Source of the DNA: Zygophlyctis sp. KS116
Taxonomy: Eukaryota > Fungi > Chytridiomycota
DNA: 32,000 bases
Assembly (NCBI GenBank): GCA_054661495.1
Contig: BAAFSQ010000099.1
Coordinates: forward strand, 1 to 32,000
Direction: 5' to 3'
Shown piece by piece: positions 1 through 11,297 of the stretch (its first letter is position 1; every line of letters starts with the position of its first letter). The translations under genes and the position numbers were made by a program. The notes beneath the pieces were generated by a model, which was not told the DNA's origin, did not search any database, and saw only the letters and a list, made by a program, of their open reading frames with translations.

Positions 1-469
1 AGAGTTCAATATCTGAAAAAGGTTCTGATGGAGCAAAATAGCCAAATCCAATTATGAGAGTATCAAATTGAATTATTTGCCAGTTATTTCCAAAAGAGAG
101 TGGTATTGCATGTCCGTCGTTAGTTTGCCTTAGAATAAATGATCATAAAACTTTTTAAACTTTTAAACTTTGTTTTGCAGAAATTGTGTTTGAAAACGGG
201 CTTGATTGATTTTCTGTTAATCTTGATTCAGCAATGATTGCTTAGTTGATTTCTTTTTCTTTGGTGAATAAGTTGATTTCCTGAATTTTGTGAGTGAGAG
301 AGCGTGCGTTAAAGAACATACACTTCAGAAATCACTCTTCTGCACCAATTTGGCTTGTGTGCGTCCCTCTTTAATTGCAGTTCTTTTTTCTAGAATTTCT
401 TTAGCTCTTGCTATCAAGGGTCTTTTCTCTCACCAATTCTCTTTAATTTTTATATCGACTCTCTGATCG

Positions 470-850
470 ATGGACATAATGGGAGTTCAATCAAACAATC
501 TATTCTTTGCAGATGATGTAAATATCCGTTTAAACGACAAATCAACTGTTCAAAAAATCTTGGACATTGCCTACAAATGGGGATCTGAATTTGGAATGAA
601 ATTCTCCCCAGAAAAGTGCCTTGTTCTTTCTAAGCAAAAAAATCTCTGTTTTAAAATTGGCGAAACGCAGCTACCTGAAGTTGATCGAGCTATTTATTTG
701 GGGATCTCTTTAAATACGAGTGGGTTTGACTCAAAGAAATTCGCTCTAAATTGCGCACGCAAAGTTGAAAGTGCAGTTATGCAATTAGTTAAAAATGGCT
801 ACTCTAGCAAATATTGGTCTCCAAGAATTAAATTATCTGTCTACAAACAA
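470..850 (+). mobile_element. Degenerate non-LTR retrotransposon (LINE) reverse transcriptase fragment (C-terminal part of RT)
   Basis: ORF 470-1030 begins NNLFFADD (RT YADD-type catalytic motif), followed by GMKFSPEKC and IYLGI (RT thumb-proximal motifs). Similarity appears to end after about 850. Confidence 0.8.
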
Positions 851-1026
851 TCAATGCAATGCAGAAATAAAATTCTGAATGCGAAATTCTTACCCAACGC
901 CAAAACTCTGAAAGAAAACCTTCAAATAGCTCGACTGATTAATTTTGCATCAAATAACTCTAAATCAGTTTATAGAGTATATTTCAAGCGAAATGAATAT
1001 ATTCGTCAATTAGAAAATTTGAAGGT

Positions 1027-1700
1027 TTGAGGATAACTTCGGACCAATTTTCGAATTTCCATCTCCTGGACCAAGGAGATCATCTTCAAGCTTTATTCGA
1101 AAAATACGAAGAAGTTGAAAGTTTCTACTCTCAAAATATTTTGGACACTTACAAATACATTTATGAAAATCATTTTTCAATTTGGAAAGATATATCTTGG
1201 GCAATCACGCTACCTGTTCACTTGCCTGGAAGTTATTATGTACAGTATGATACGAGTTTCCTATTAGCGGAAAGAATAGAGTATCTTCAATATACAATGT
1301 TGACAAGATTTTTTGAATTTTGCGATGAACACCACTGAAGCTGCCAGTTATACATAATTTCAGAATAAAGGCAATGGAGGATGCAGGATTATTTAGAATA
1401 CCCTCGAGTCTGCGGCGCCTTTATGCCACCATACTCTTATTTACTGTGCCTGCAGATATTAAGAATCTTTTTGATCGGTTTTTCGCAGATTTAAGTGAAG
1501 ACATTAGATATGAATTACCAGATGTAAATGACAATCTTTTGCTATCATTAGTTGCTTCTAAAATTGAAAAAATTCTTTCATCTTATGGAAAGACTTTGGG
1601 CGATTTTCCGGGTCTTCCCGGGATTACCGTCGTTTTGGGAGGGGACTTTCGAAAAATACTTCCAGTTATAGTTAAAGGCAGTAGAGGCTCTAATCAGAGA
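1027..1700 (+). mobile_element. Degenerate Helitron Rep/PIF1 helicase fragments
   Basis: LPVHLP...TMLTRFFE, LRRLYATILLF.VP...LFDRF..LSED, G..LGDFPGLP and VVLGGDFRKILPVI.KG.R (PIF1 GDFxQ.LPV motif) are typical Helitron RepHel segments. They are interrupted and internally deleted. Confidence 0.8.
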
Positions 1701-1744
1701 GTATTTAGATACTCGAGATTCAGAAATAAAACAATGGGTTCCAG

Positions 1745-2406
1745 ATCTCTATGAAGAGAAAGCACTTAAAGAATTGGAAACATGAATCGGTTACTTTGAA
1801 ATTACAAGAAGAAGACATTGATATGCTTTCAGTCAGAAAGCTCTTTGATGCTTTAATTAAAAGGTTTCCTGTAATGGCACAATATATTTCCCCACAGCAG
1901 ATATTGTGCATTATCAGGCTTTTGAATCAGGAGTTTGCAAGATTTTGGTAGGAGAGGAATCATTGGACAATTCTGAATTAGAAGCTCTTGAAAATTTCAA
2001 AATTGTAGAAAAAAATGGTAAAGATGAATCGAGTTCTCAAAAGACCAAGAATAGATACTTGCTATGAAATCTTGAATCATATTCCTCCAACATCAAATAG
2101 GGCCGAACGTTTTTTCAGTGCAGCGAAATTAGTTATAACAGACTTAAGAAAGTCAATGCTACCCAAAAATTTGGAAATACTACTTTTCTTAAAATTTAAT
2201 CGAGAACTGTGGGATGAAAAGCTTCTCGCTATAGCTTATAATGAAGAAAGTTCGAAATAAGTAGAAATTGGGCTATTTTAAAGCAATAAATCAATAATTT
2301 ATTGCGCTATTTCATCAATTGCAATAATTGATTGTGATATTTATGAAATGTCAATTATAGATTGTGATGTTGCAATTATATTCCAATAAATAATTGCACA
2401 CCCCTG
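1745..2406 (+). mobile_element. hAT-like DNA transposon 3' remnant with probable terminal inverted repeat
   Basis: IPPTSNRAERFFSAAKLVITDLRKSMLPKNLEILLFLKFNRELW resembles the hAT C-terminal dimerisation domain. It is followed by a subterminal region rich in CAAT/ATTG repeats that ends GCACACCCCTG at 2406 (reverse complement CAGGGGTG..., a hAT-type TIR start). Confidence 0.7.
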
Positions 2407-2638
2407 AGTAGAGCCCATTTCCATGAAATATTTAATTTTTAAAATACAGTTTCTTAAAAAATTAAAGTAGCGATCTTAAAAATTAAATAGCGAGCGTAGC
2501 GCTAAAATTTCTCCCATGGTTGGAATAGCTCTTATTTTGGACCCGAGTGATGGGTTGAAATCATTGTAAATCAATTCAAAGCTAAATTTAGGTATTTCCT
2601 TTCAAGGCCGTTATATGCTAAATTAGGTCCCGAAAGCA

Positions 2639-2827
2639 GTTTTGGCATTTTGGAAGTCTAAAGAATTCGACTATTCTATTTTGTCTGTTATGGCAAAGGA
2701 TTATCCAACAATTCAAGCTTCAAGTGTACCTGCAGAGCGAGCATTTTCATCTGGAGCTGATTCAGCAACGACATGTAGGATGAGTGGAAAGACTATCGAA
2801 ACGACTCAGTTTTTAAAATCAATATAA
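2639..2827 (+). mobile_element. Second hAT transposase C-terminal dimerisation-domain remnant
   Basis: LAFWKS...YSILSVMAKDY.TIQASSVPAERAFSSG matches the Ac/Tam3-type W...Y..L..MA.D.L.I.ASSV.SERAFS motif. Confidence 0.75.
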
Positions 2828-3446
2828 CTAATTATGATTAAAATGATTGATTAGGAGTATGACTATGATTATTAACTACCTTATTACGATTCAATCAATC
2901 ATAATCATGATTGCCTTGGAAGGCATTAGCTAAAAAAGACAAGAAGAATTGTTGAGGCTGAATCTATTGAATCTTGAATCTGAAAATAACGTCAACGCCT
3001 TAGTTAATGTGAATAAGATAGAAATAGAAGGAGATCTGAGACTTATATTGAGTTTAGCTCCATGTAAAAAAATTCACTGCTAGTGCAAGAAGTAAGTCGC
3101 CAATATTTATTTCTTAATAATTTTTAAAAAGTCCTATGAAAATCCTTTGGCCTGCATTCAGACAATGTTTTTCGATTTGTTCAATAAATTAGGTCCTACG
3201 CTTTAATTTAGGTCGGGGTTTCCTGGTAGGGGTATTGGTGGGGTAGAGAACATGATTACCAAATTTTGGATTATTGCTGGGTTATATTAAACTTAAAGTA
3301 TTTGATTATCACACAACTGATTTGTAATTAGGTCAGATAAAGCTGTATGTGATAGTTGTTAATTGGAAATGTAAGACTGAAGAAAATATCTGATAATGTG
3401 TTTTGATAACAGAAATTCATTTTTTTTTCTAAACTGAACAACAGAA

Positions 3447-4134
3447 TCAACGACGCTCTCGATAGTGACGGTCCCCAGAGTCTCTATAACGATCATCTCT
3501 TTCATAACGAGAATTGCGGTCTTCTCTGCGACTATCATCCCTTCGATAATCTCTATCTCCTGAACGATAATCCCTATCTCTTGACCGATCTCTGCGATAT
3601 TCTCTGGATCTATCTCTTCGATAGTCACGGTCATCTCTGTAACCACGACGATCATATCTACCCCTATCAGAGTCTCTTGATGGCCCTTTGAATTAATTTA
3701 AATTTCTTACCAGACTTCTTCCCAAAGTATTGGCCGGGAGTAGGTGATCTTGCTCTTCCTCTTTTTGCAGCTTCCACCAACAAAGTTTTTCCAAACACTT
3801 CCTTTCCATGAGTAGCTTCAATAGCCGCTGCTGCATCTTCTCCTTTTTCCATTGTAACAAAAGCAAATCCTCTATTCTCCTTTGTATATGGATCAATCAA
3901 GACATTAATCTTTAAAATCTTTCCAAATTTGCTATATTCTTCTTCTAAATCCTGTTCAGTCACACCATTAGCAACTCCACGAATGTAAATGTTTGTTCCA
4001 TCATTAGGGGGCTCTTCTGATCTTCTTCTATCATCAACAGGCGATCTTGACTTTTCATTTTCCCATCCAGATGCAGGAGCAGATTTTTCCGCAGAATCCT
4101 CCCAAGACGATACATTCATTTTATCGTCAGCCAT
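3447..4134 (-). CDS. Tra2/SR45a-like RRM splicing factor with RD/RS-rich tail (220 aa)
   Basis: RRM with RNP2 IYIRGV and RNP1 RGFAFVTM, followed by RARSPTPGQYFG (the Tra2 PTPGxY motif). One 25-nt intron (3686-3710) joins an RD/RY/RS-rich exon ending TGA at 3447-3449. Confidence 0.85.
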
Positions 4135-4211
4135 TTTTTTTGTAGAAGCTTAGGCCCAGGTTAAACTAAATTTAAAACTGAGGTTTAGGTGACGCGACCG
4201 TGTCAAGAGAA

Positions 4212-4937
4212 ATGGAAAAACCGCCGGTGGAGCTTACCGAGATTGCCTCTTATTTAAAATCTTCTGATCTAAGACAGAAAGCAGGAATATGCAAAGGAAA
4301 GAGAATAGATTATTTTAAAGGTTTTCAAATTTTTAATAAATTCGTAGGAAAACATGCTGTAAATGCACTGCTGAGGGAAGGATATGAAAAATCAGCAATT
4401 GCTAAAAAAGTCCCAGTTCTTGACAGAGACACATCAGAAACAGTTGTTCAGGATTTACTAAAGTTTGGATTCATTCTGAGAGGAGAAAGAGATCAGGCTT
4501 TTCCTCATAAATTCTTAATATCAGAATCTCAGACTTTTAGTCCTGAAGAATACTACTTTTGGGTCTATCAAGGCTCCCAATGGCGGGGTGTCATTTTAGG
4601 CTTGGGTGTTTTGCTTGTTGTCTTGGCAGGGGTAATGTTTCCTCTCTGGCCAGCACTTCCAAGACAAGGTGTATATTATATATCTCTTTTATTGATTGGA
4701 TTTATTGGATTCATAATGGGACTAGGAGTAATCCGTGGAATTATATGGATCTTTTTAAAAATACTAATAGGGAGAGGGGGTTGGCTCTTTCCTAATTTAT
4801 TTGCAGATGTAGGATTTATAGAGAGTTTTAAGCCTTTATGGACGTAATTTATTTATTTTTAAAATTATAGATGGGATGCTGAAAAGAAGGGCAAGAAGAA
4901 AAAGGCACCAGTGTCGTCGGATATGGACGACGATTAA
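4212..4937 (+). CDS. SEC62: Translocation protein Sec62 (223 aa)
   Basis: Motifs DYFKGK.A..ALL, VMFPLWP, two TM helices and GWLFPNLFADVGFIESFKPLW. Introns are 4321-4347 (27 nt, in-frame, read through in the ORF track) and 4844-4870. Basic C-terminal tail. Confidence 0.92.
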
Positions 4938-4957
4938 ATTTTCGCGTGCAAAATATA

Positions 4958-7900
4958 ATGGATGAATTATTGAAATTATTGGGAGATATATCTTCTGGTG
5001 AGAGTAATGCAGTTAACTCTGCCACTTTTAAGCTTGCCCAATTGTATAAAAATCCAATGTCTTTGGTTTTTTTGATTGAAATTGTCTGTTCAAGCCATAA
5101 TTTGTCTCTTCGGCAACTATCTGCAATTGAAGCAAGAAAAAATGTCAAGGCATTTTGGCCAAAGATTCAAGAGGAATTAAAGTTTTCTCTCAAGGAAAAG
5201 CTGTTGGCTTTTATTCTTACCGAAACTGAGTAAGTTTTTTTCTCTAATATCAGCACTCTAGTTAGAAACTCCATATCCAGACTCATTGCTCAAATCGCTA
5301 GCATTGAGATTCCTAATAATAACTGGAATAATCTTTTGGGATTCCTGAATAGCTGTTGTCACTCAACTTCTCCCGAACATCGGTTGGTTGGAGTATATGT
5401 GCTTTATAATTTATTTGAAGTGATTGCTGACCATTTGGCCGGACATTTGAATGAATTATTTACAATGTTTTTAGTAACTTTAAGTGATCCAGAAAGTCTC
5501 AAAGTTCGGGTGACTACCTTGTTGTAATACTTTTTGGTTTAATTATAGAGCTTTGGGTAAAATTGCGGATTTTATAGAGCCCACAGATCAGGCTCAAATT
5601 AGGGAATTTAGAAATGCAGTACCACAAATGGTTAATGTATTAAAGCAATGTTTAGATGCAGGAGATATAGATGGGGCAACAAAGGCATTTGAAGTTTTTG
5701 ATAATTTGTTGATGCTGGTATACTCTTTAAACTAAAAATTAGGAAGCACCTTTATTGTCTAACCATTTTATGGAGTTGGTTCAGTTTTATATATCAATAG
5801 CTTCCAATAAGAACTATGATGATTCTATTAGGATAATGGCTCTTTCATTTCTGATGTGGTGTACCATATATAAGAAAAGTAAACTTCAAAAGTTGAAATT
5901 GGTTGGTCATTTTGTTGGGTCTATATTGCCGATTGGAGCAGAGACATCTGAAATAGATGAGGAAGATGATACGCCTTCTAAAGTTGCTTTTCAAGTTATA
6001 AGTTCACTCTCTACTAATCTTCCTCCTGCTTATGTTTTTCCAGAAGTTATGAAATATGTGGTTAGTTTTATGCATGAAGCTAATCCTTCATATCGTAGAG
6101 CGGCCATGCTAGCATTAAGTGTACTTGTAGATGGATGTGCTGATTATATGAGAACAAAACTTAACGATTTATTACCTCTTCTGCTGAATGGATTAAATGA
6201 TCGGGATAATTACGTTAGGATCGCTGCATGTATTGCGCTTGGTTCTATTTCAGGTAGTATATTTTCGTTTTTATGTTTTAGATGAAATTGATCAAATTGG
6301 CGATTATCATGATAGTTTATTACCAGTGATTTCAAACTTGATGAATGATGCTGATCCATCAATTCATTATCATGCGATTGCAGCATTAGATGCCATTGTG
6401 GAAAGTTTGGAAGGAAAGATTCTTCCTTACTTACCATCATTGATGGGTCGTTTAATTTGCTTTTTAGAAACTGGAGAGCGAAGGCTAAAAGTTATTGTAA
6501 CCGCTTGCATAGGATCGGCTGCACATGCTGCTGGATCTTCATTTTCACCTTACTTTGCAGATGTTATAGTCAGACTTTCATATCTAATGAGCTTGGGGGG
6601 CGATAAAGAGGATCTTGACTTAAGAGGAGTAGCTACTGACACTGCTGGAACTGTGGCAGAGGCAGTAGGAAAGGACCTGTTTAGAGTATCATATGATTTA
6701 TTTTTTAATATTTAGCCGTATGTTCAAAATCTAATGAAGCTATGCATAGATGGGCTTAACATTGATAACTCTCGTCTACGAGAGTGCAGTTACTGCTTTT
6801 TTGCCATTCTTGCTCGTGTGTTCGAGGAAGAATTTTCTCCGTTTTTAACGGTAATAATCCCTTCAATTCTCAATTCATGTCGATTAGAGGAAAAAGATAT
6901 GTTTAACGATCCTCAATTGGAAAGATATGCAGCTCAGTTAGCTGATGATGATAGTGCCAGTGATGATTATTTTAATGTAAACTCTGCTATTTCAGAAGAG
7001 AAAGAGACTTCACTTGATGCCTTAGCCCAGATGTTTTCGTCTACCAAATCAGAATTTCTTCCATATGTGCAAGATTCCATCAATATTGCCTTGGGATTGT
7101 TGGATCATTATAATGAAAGCGTCCGAAAGTCAGCATGTGCCTGCTTATGTTCCTTTTTACAGACTTTCTACAGGATGAGCAACCCTCGAAAATGGCAGAC
7201 GGGTCTTCCTTTGGAAATTCCACTGCATGCAAATGTAACTAGTCTATCTTCTTTGGTTGTTGAAGGTGTCTTGAGAGTTCTAGAAGAGGAGGACGATCAG
7301 TAAGCGATCATAATTTTTAATAACGTAGAAATGCTGCAGCATCAATGTTGATTGATATTGGTGAAGCTTTGAAGGTCGTTGGTCCTGGAATGTTATCTCA
7401 AATGTTTTCTGGTCCTCCTAATCCCGGGACAATGCATGTTGATGGATTAGCATTATTGATTCTTCAAATCTTGAGACAAGAACATGTTTGCCAAACAGAC
7501 CAAGATGCAGAAGATGCTTCGCAAGAGGAAGATCAAGCAGAGCAGGACGCATTTGTTATAAGTTCTGCAGCGGATACCATGTGTGCTCTCGCATCTGTCT
7601 TAGGACCAAAGTTTAATAACTATTTTAGAAACTTCTTGCCGTTAATTTCAAAATGGTTTAAGCCCACCAAGCCTGCAGTAGATAGAAATATGTCCATTGG
7701 AGCTCTGGCAGAATGCTCTGCCAGTTTGGGAGAAAATGTATCTGAATTTGTCAATGATCTATTACCATTGTTTATGATGGGGTTATCCGATGAAGATGAA
7801 GAAGTAAAAAGCAACTCTGCATACGGTCTTGGAATTCTATGCGGGAATACTTCAACTGATATATCTAGGTAATTTGTTAAATTAATTGTAGTTTATACAT

Positions 7901-8346
7901 GCAAATCTTGCAACTTTTGTATCCATTTTTCAGCTGTTCAGACTCTAAAACCAACATAACTGATAATGCATGTGGCTGTGTTGCCAGAATGATTATAAAA
8001 GCTCCCCAGGCTGTCCCATTGGAACAAGTTCTTCCAATGTTCCTCTCCAACCTACCTTTAAAGCATGATTTTGAAGAAATACAACCAGTATTCGACTGTA
8101 TCTTCTATTTACTAAAAATGGAGCATCCTGCAGTATATTTTTCTCATTAATCTCTAGATTATTCAATTGTTGGATCAAGTCGTGCGTATTTTTGCCATTT
8201 ACCTCGAAGACTCATCTTTGGATGTAAAATTCAAGTCTGAAATTTCCAATTTTCTAAAGATTTTCCACAAATCAGAAAATTTCCAAAAGATGCTTATTGG
8301 TTTACAAGAAGATCAAAAAGCACACTTGTTAAATAGCATACTTTAA
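4958..8346 (+). CDS. KAP123: Importin-4 / karyopherin Kap123 (HEAT repeats, 1059 aa)
   Basis: IBN_N motif LRQLSAIEARK, VNSAISEEKE, DNACGCVARMI and LPLKHDFEE. Eight introns (5230-5253, 5524-5548, 5718-5742, 6254-6281, 6686-6715, 7300-7328, 7869-7891, 8133-8157) give one continuous frame. Confidence 0.9.
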
Positions 8347-8358
8347 TCTATTTAATAC

Positions 8359-8748
8359 TTAATAAAACTCTTGATTTGAAACTCCAAAATTCCTTATATA
8401 TCCCACAACTGTCCCATAAATCATTACACCACCTCCTAATGAGAGACACATTGCTCCGAATTCTATTAAATTTCCATGATAGAGCACTAGAGGCAGTCCG
8501 AATCCACTAACAACAAAAAAAGCAGTTATAAAATATCCAGTTTCTCTAATAGAAGTATTTTCCTCCTGAAACAGGTCAGAGTCCCTTGAGAGTCTTTTAC
8601 AAACAGAATTTGGAATCGGCGCGATTAAATAAGTCAAAACGACAAGAAGAGGCAGCCAGTTCCCATAAATAGCACAGCTTAGAATCACTGAAAGAATACC
8701 AGACGCCAAAAAGAATGCTAATGCAATGATTGTCTTCATTCCAGACAT
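8359..8748 (-). CDS. VPS55: Vacuolar protein sorting 55 / LEPROT family (129 aa)
   Basis: Four-TM small protein with ILSCAIYGNWLPLLVVLTYLIAPIP and VVSGFGLPLVLYH motifs. Intronless. Confidence 0.92.
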   Translation of the reverse strand: MSGMKTIIALAFFLASGILSVILSCAIYGNWLPLLVVLTYLIAPIPNSVCKRLSRDSDLFQEENTSIRETGYFITAFFVVSGFGLPLVLYHGNLIEFGAMCLSLGGGVMIYGTVVGYIRNFGVSNQEFY

Positions 8749-8958
8749 TTTGACTTGCTTTTGGTAAACAAAATTTTAACAAGCGGGCTGGGTTAAAATG
8801 TCTTTAAGACTCGTCAGTCAGTACCTTGGTCATTTGTGACCTTGCTTTAGGAGGGTATTAGGGCCAAGAATTAAAGTTTTTCATCCACTGCGCACACAAA
8901 GGTTTTTAAAAAGTCAAGAAAATTTGTTAGTGTCCAGGGTTGCTTATCAGTAAAGAAA

Positions 8959-10521
8959 ATGGTTCCAAAGAGTAATTTTTTAGACTAATCTCTAGAATCC
9001 CAGAGTAAAAGAGTATCTGCATCACATAAATACAGTGTTCAGAAAAAGGTGGCAGAGGCACATCGGAAGTCGAGAAAAGAAGCCAAGAAAAATCCGAAAA
9101 AAAAAATCCGAAAAGATCCAGGAATCCCAAACTTGTTTCCATTCAAGGAAAAACTGATTGCTCAGGCATTGGCAAAAGTAATTTTTTTTTCTTTCAAAAA
9201 ATAGAAGAAGGAAAACAGTATTCCTCAAAAAAAAGGGTTAGGGGGATTGACTAGTGCAATGAAGGGTTTAAACGAATACAATATCGTTGCTGAAAAAGGG
9301 ATCTCTATGGATAATTCTAAAAAAGCTTACTTTAAGGAATTTAAAAAGGTTGTAGAAGAAGCAGATGTTATTTTGGAGATTTTGGATGCTAGGGATCCTT
9401 TAGGTTGTAGGACAAAGCATATTGAAGATATGATATTATCCTCTCAAAAAAGAGTCATCTTGATTTTAAATAAGATTGATTTAGTTCCTAGGGAGGTAGT
9501 ACAAGAATGGTTGAAATATTTAAGAAATGAATTTCCAACAGTGGCATTCAAAGCGTCTACTCAATCTCAGCGACAAAATTTGAAAATCTCTAAAATAGAT
9601 GCAGATATTGCCACTCAATCACTTTTAGGAAGTAGTGAATGTTTAGGAGCAGATAATTTACTCAAACTGTTGAAAAACTATTCAAGAAACTATAAACTTA
9701 AAACATCAATCACTGTTGGAGTGGTTGGGTATCCAAATGTAGGAAAGTCTTCAGTTATCAATTCTCTAAAAAGGTCAAAAGTATGTAATGTAGGCTCAAC
9801 ACCAGGACTTACAAAGACTTCTCAATTGATACATTTGGATAAAAATCTTAAATTATTGGATTGCCCTGGAATTGTTTTTAGTAAGCCTAAAAATGAACAA
9901 GATGAAGCTTCCGTGCTGCTAAGAAATTGTGTAAAAGTAGAACTCATTCAAGATCCTATATCTCTAGGTACAATTAATTTATTTACATTAAAGTGGAAGC
10001 AATTGTTTCAAGATGTTCTCCTGAACAGCTGATGAAACTATACAAGGTTCCCTTTTTCAATTCTGCAAAAGATTTCTTGTTACATTTAGCTTTGAACAGA
10101 GGGAAACTTAAAAAGGTAAGTTTTCATTTTTCTTGCAAATGATGAAACTTGCAATTGATTCACCATGATTTACTGTATTTAAGTCCCTGATGCGAGCTAT
10201 TTAACTCATAATTAGAGAGGTATTCCTGATTTGGAAAATGCTGCTAGATCTGTTTTACAGGATTGGAATTCAGGAAGAATTCCCTACTTTACTGCCCCTC
10301 CTTTAGAAAGTCTTGCTACTACCTCTCAAATCTCTAGTTCGATTGTCTCTGAATGGAGTAAAGAATTTTCTTTTGATGATGTTGTTGCAGTTGAAGGAAA
10401 AGACTTGGAGTCTATCCGTTCAAAATCAGAAATTTCCCATAGACTTGTACCTCTGGAACCAAGCGAGGCTCTCGAAATGGACTTGGATCACGAAATTCAA
10501 GATGAAAATATGGATATCTAA
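8959..10521 (+). CDS. NUG1: Nucleolar circularly permuted GTPase Nug1/Grn1/GNL3 (461 aa)
   Basis: N-terminal [13 protein letters not shown] (GN3L_Grn1), LDARDPLG, G4 NKIDL, G1 [10 protein letters not shown]3 DCPG and [11 protein letters not shown]. Introns are 8972-8995, 9178-9204, 9968-9993 and 10116-10215. Confidence 0.93.
10132..10196 (+). ncRNA. Intronic box C/D snoRNA in NUG1 intron 4
   Basis: C box ATGATGA (10139-10145), D box CTGA (10187-10190) and terminal stem CTTGCA/TGCGAG with canonical K-turn spacing. Possible D' TTGA and C' ATGATT. It sits in the only 100-nt intron of the window. Confidence 0.85.
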
Positions 10522-11297
10522 CATTGCAATATCATTGATTTTTCCCAAAATTCATTTGAAATTAAGTCTTCATGACTTACTTTTACTACCCATTTCTTTC
10601 TGATGCATTCTTTTCCCGTATTCTTTGAAAGATGAGTCTCTTGAACTTGATCTCTATAAAGAAAACTTCCTTTTCTATATATTGCATCAATTTTTGAATA
10701 ATTTATCCCATAATTAGAGAATAACAACTCATTTTTAGCAGCAGAATCCGTATCTTTGAGAATATTCTGAACTTGATTTTGATTTAAATTCTTGGTCTGA
10801 TCCTTTAAAAGAGTCCAGAAGCATGTATTATAAAGATTATTAATATGACAATCCACTTGCCTCCATGAGATATAGTCCCTAAGTGTCTTTTCATTTGGAT
10901 ACAATATTGCTCTACCGTCAAAACTTGGAGTACTTTTGAGATCGGAATCAAAGAAATCCCTCCATAAAATGCAGTAACTAGCAGTAAACAATGAAACAGT
11001 ATTAGAGACCAATTTAGACTCTCTCCTTCCCCATAAAGTTGTAGATTTCTTAAAAACAAAAGAAAATTCGTCCGACTGCCCATAACAACATAAAACATCC
11101 TCATACTCTTGCATTACTCTCTTTGCCGCTTCATTCATGAGATCTAATCCCCTTTTATCATTTGGTTTACTGAATTCATGATGCAAAGTGAATTTATGAA
11201 ATGCATGACCATCTATTCTGATGACAATCCATGCTTCAGGGAGTAGAGACACTGGAGACTCAAACTTTCTAGTATACTCATATTTTGATTTGGCCAT
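10518..11297 (-). CDS. THG1: tRNA(His) guanylyltransferase
   Basis: MAKSKYEY start, IVIRIDGHAFHKF, KPND, YGQSDEFSF, FDGRAILYP and WRQVDCHINNLYNT. The first ATG is at 11297; the ORF track starts upstream at a TTG. Confidence 0.95.
   Translation of the reverse strand: MAKSKYEYTRKFESPVSLLPEAWIVIRIDGHAFHKFTLHHEFSKPNDKRGLDLMNEAAKRVMQEYEDVLCCYGQSDEFSFVFKKSTTLWGRRESKLVSNTVSLFTASYCILWRDFFDSDLKSTPSFDGRAILYPNEKTLRDYISWRQVDCHINNLYNTCFWTLLKDQTKNLNQNQVQNILKDTDSAAKNELLFSNYGINYSKIDAIYRKGSFLYRDQVQETHLSKNTGKECIRKKWVVKVSHEDLISNEFWEKSMILQC

Noticed and set aside
1-460. Possible minus-strand coding remnant
   Set aside because: Interrupted by stops with no identifiable family motif.
3359-3655. ORF MIVVVTEM... 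in the ORF track
   Set aside because: It is an alternative-frame shadow of the repetitive RD-rich exon of the Tra2-like gene.
4958-8346. Alternative genetic code, stop readthrough or pseudogenisation as the cause of the fragmented ORFs
   Set aside because: Every break is resolved by a short GT-AG intron, and TAA, TAG and TGA all serve as normal stops.
8812-8892. Minus-strand C/D snoRNA candidate (GGATGA...CTGA, 11-nt complement to 18S CUUGGUCAUUU) or U4-like RNA
   Set aside because: The C box and K-turn spacing are non-canonical, the guide is sequestered in a local hairpin, and the U4 5' stem-loop and stem I are missing. An Infernal scan would be needed to exclude it fully.
9235-9243. GGGTTAGGG telomere-like motif
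   Set aside because: It lies within a NUG1 exon encoding GLG and is coincidental.
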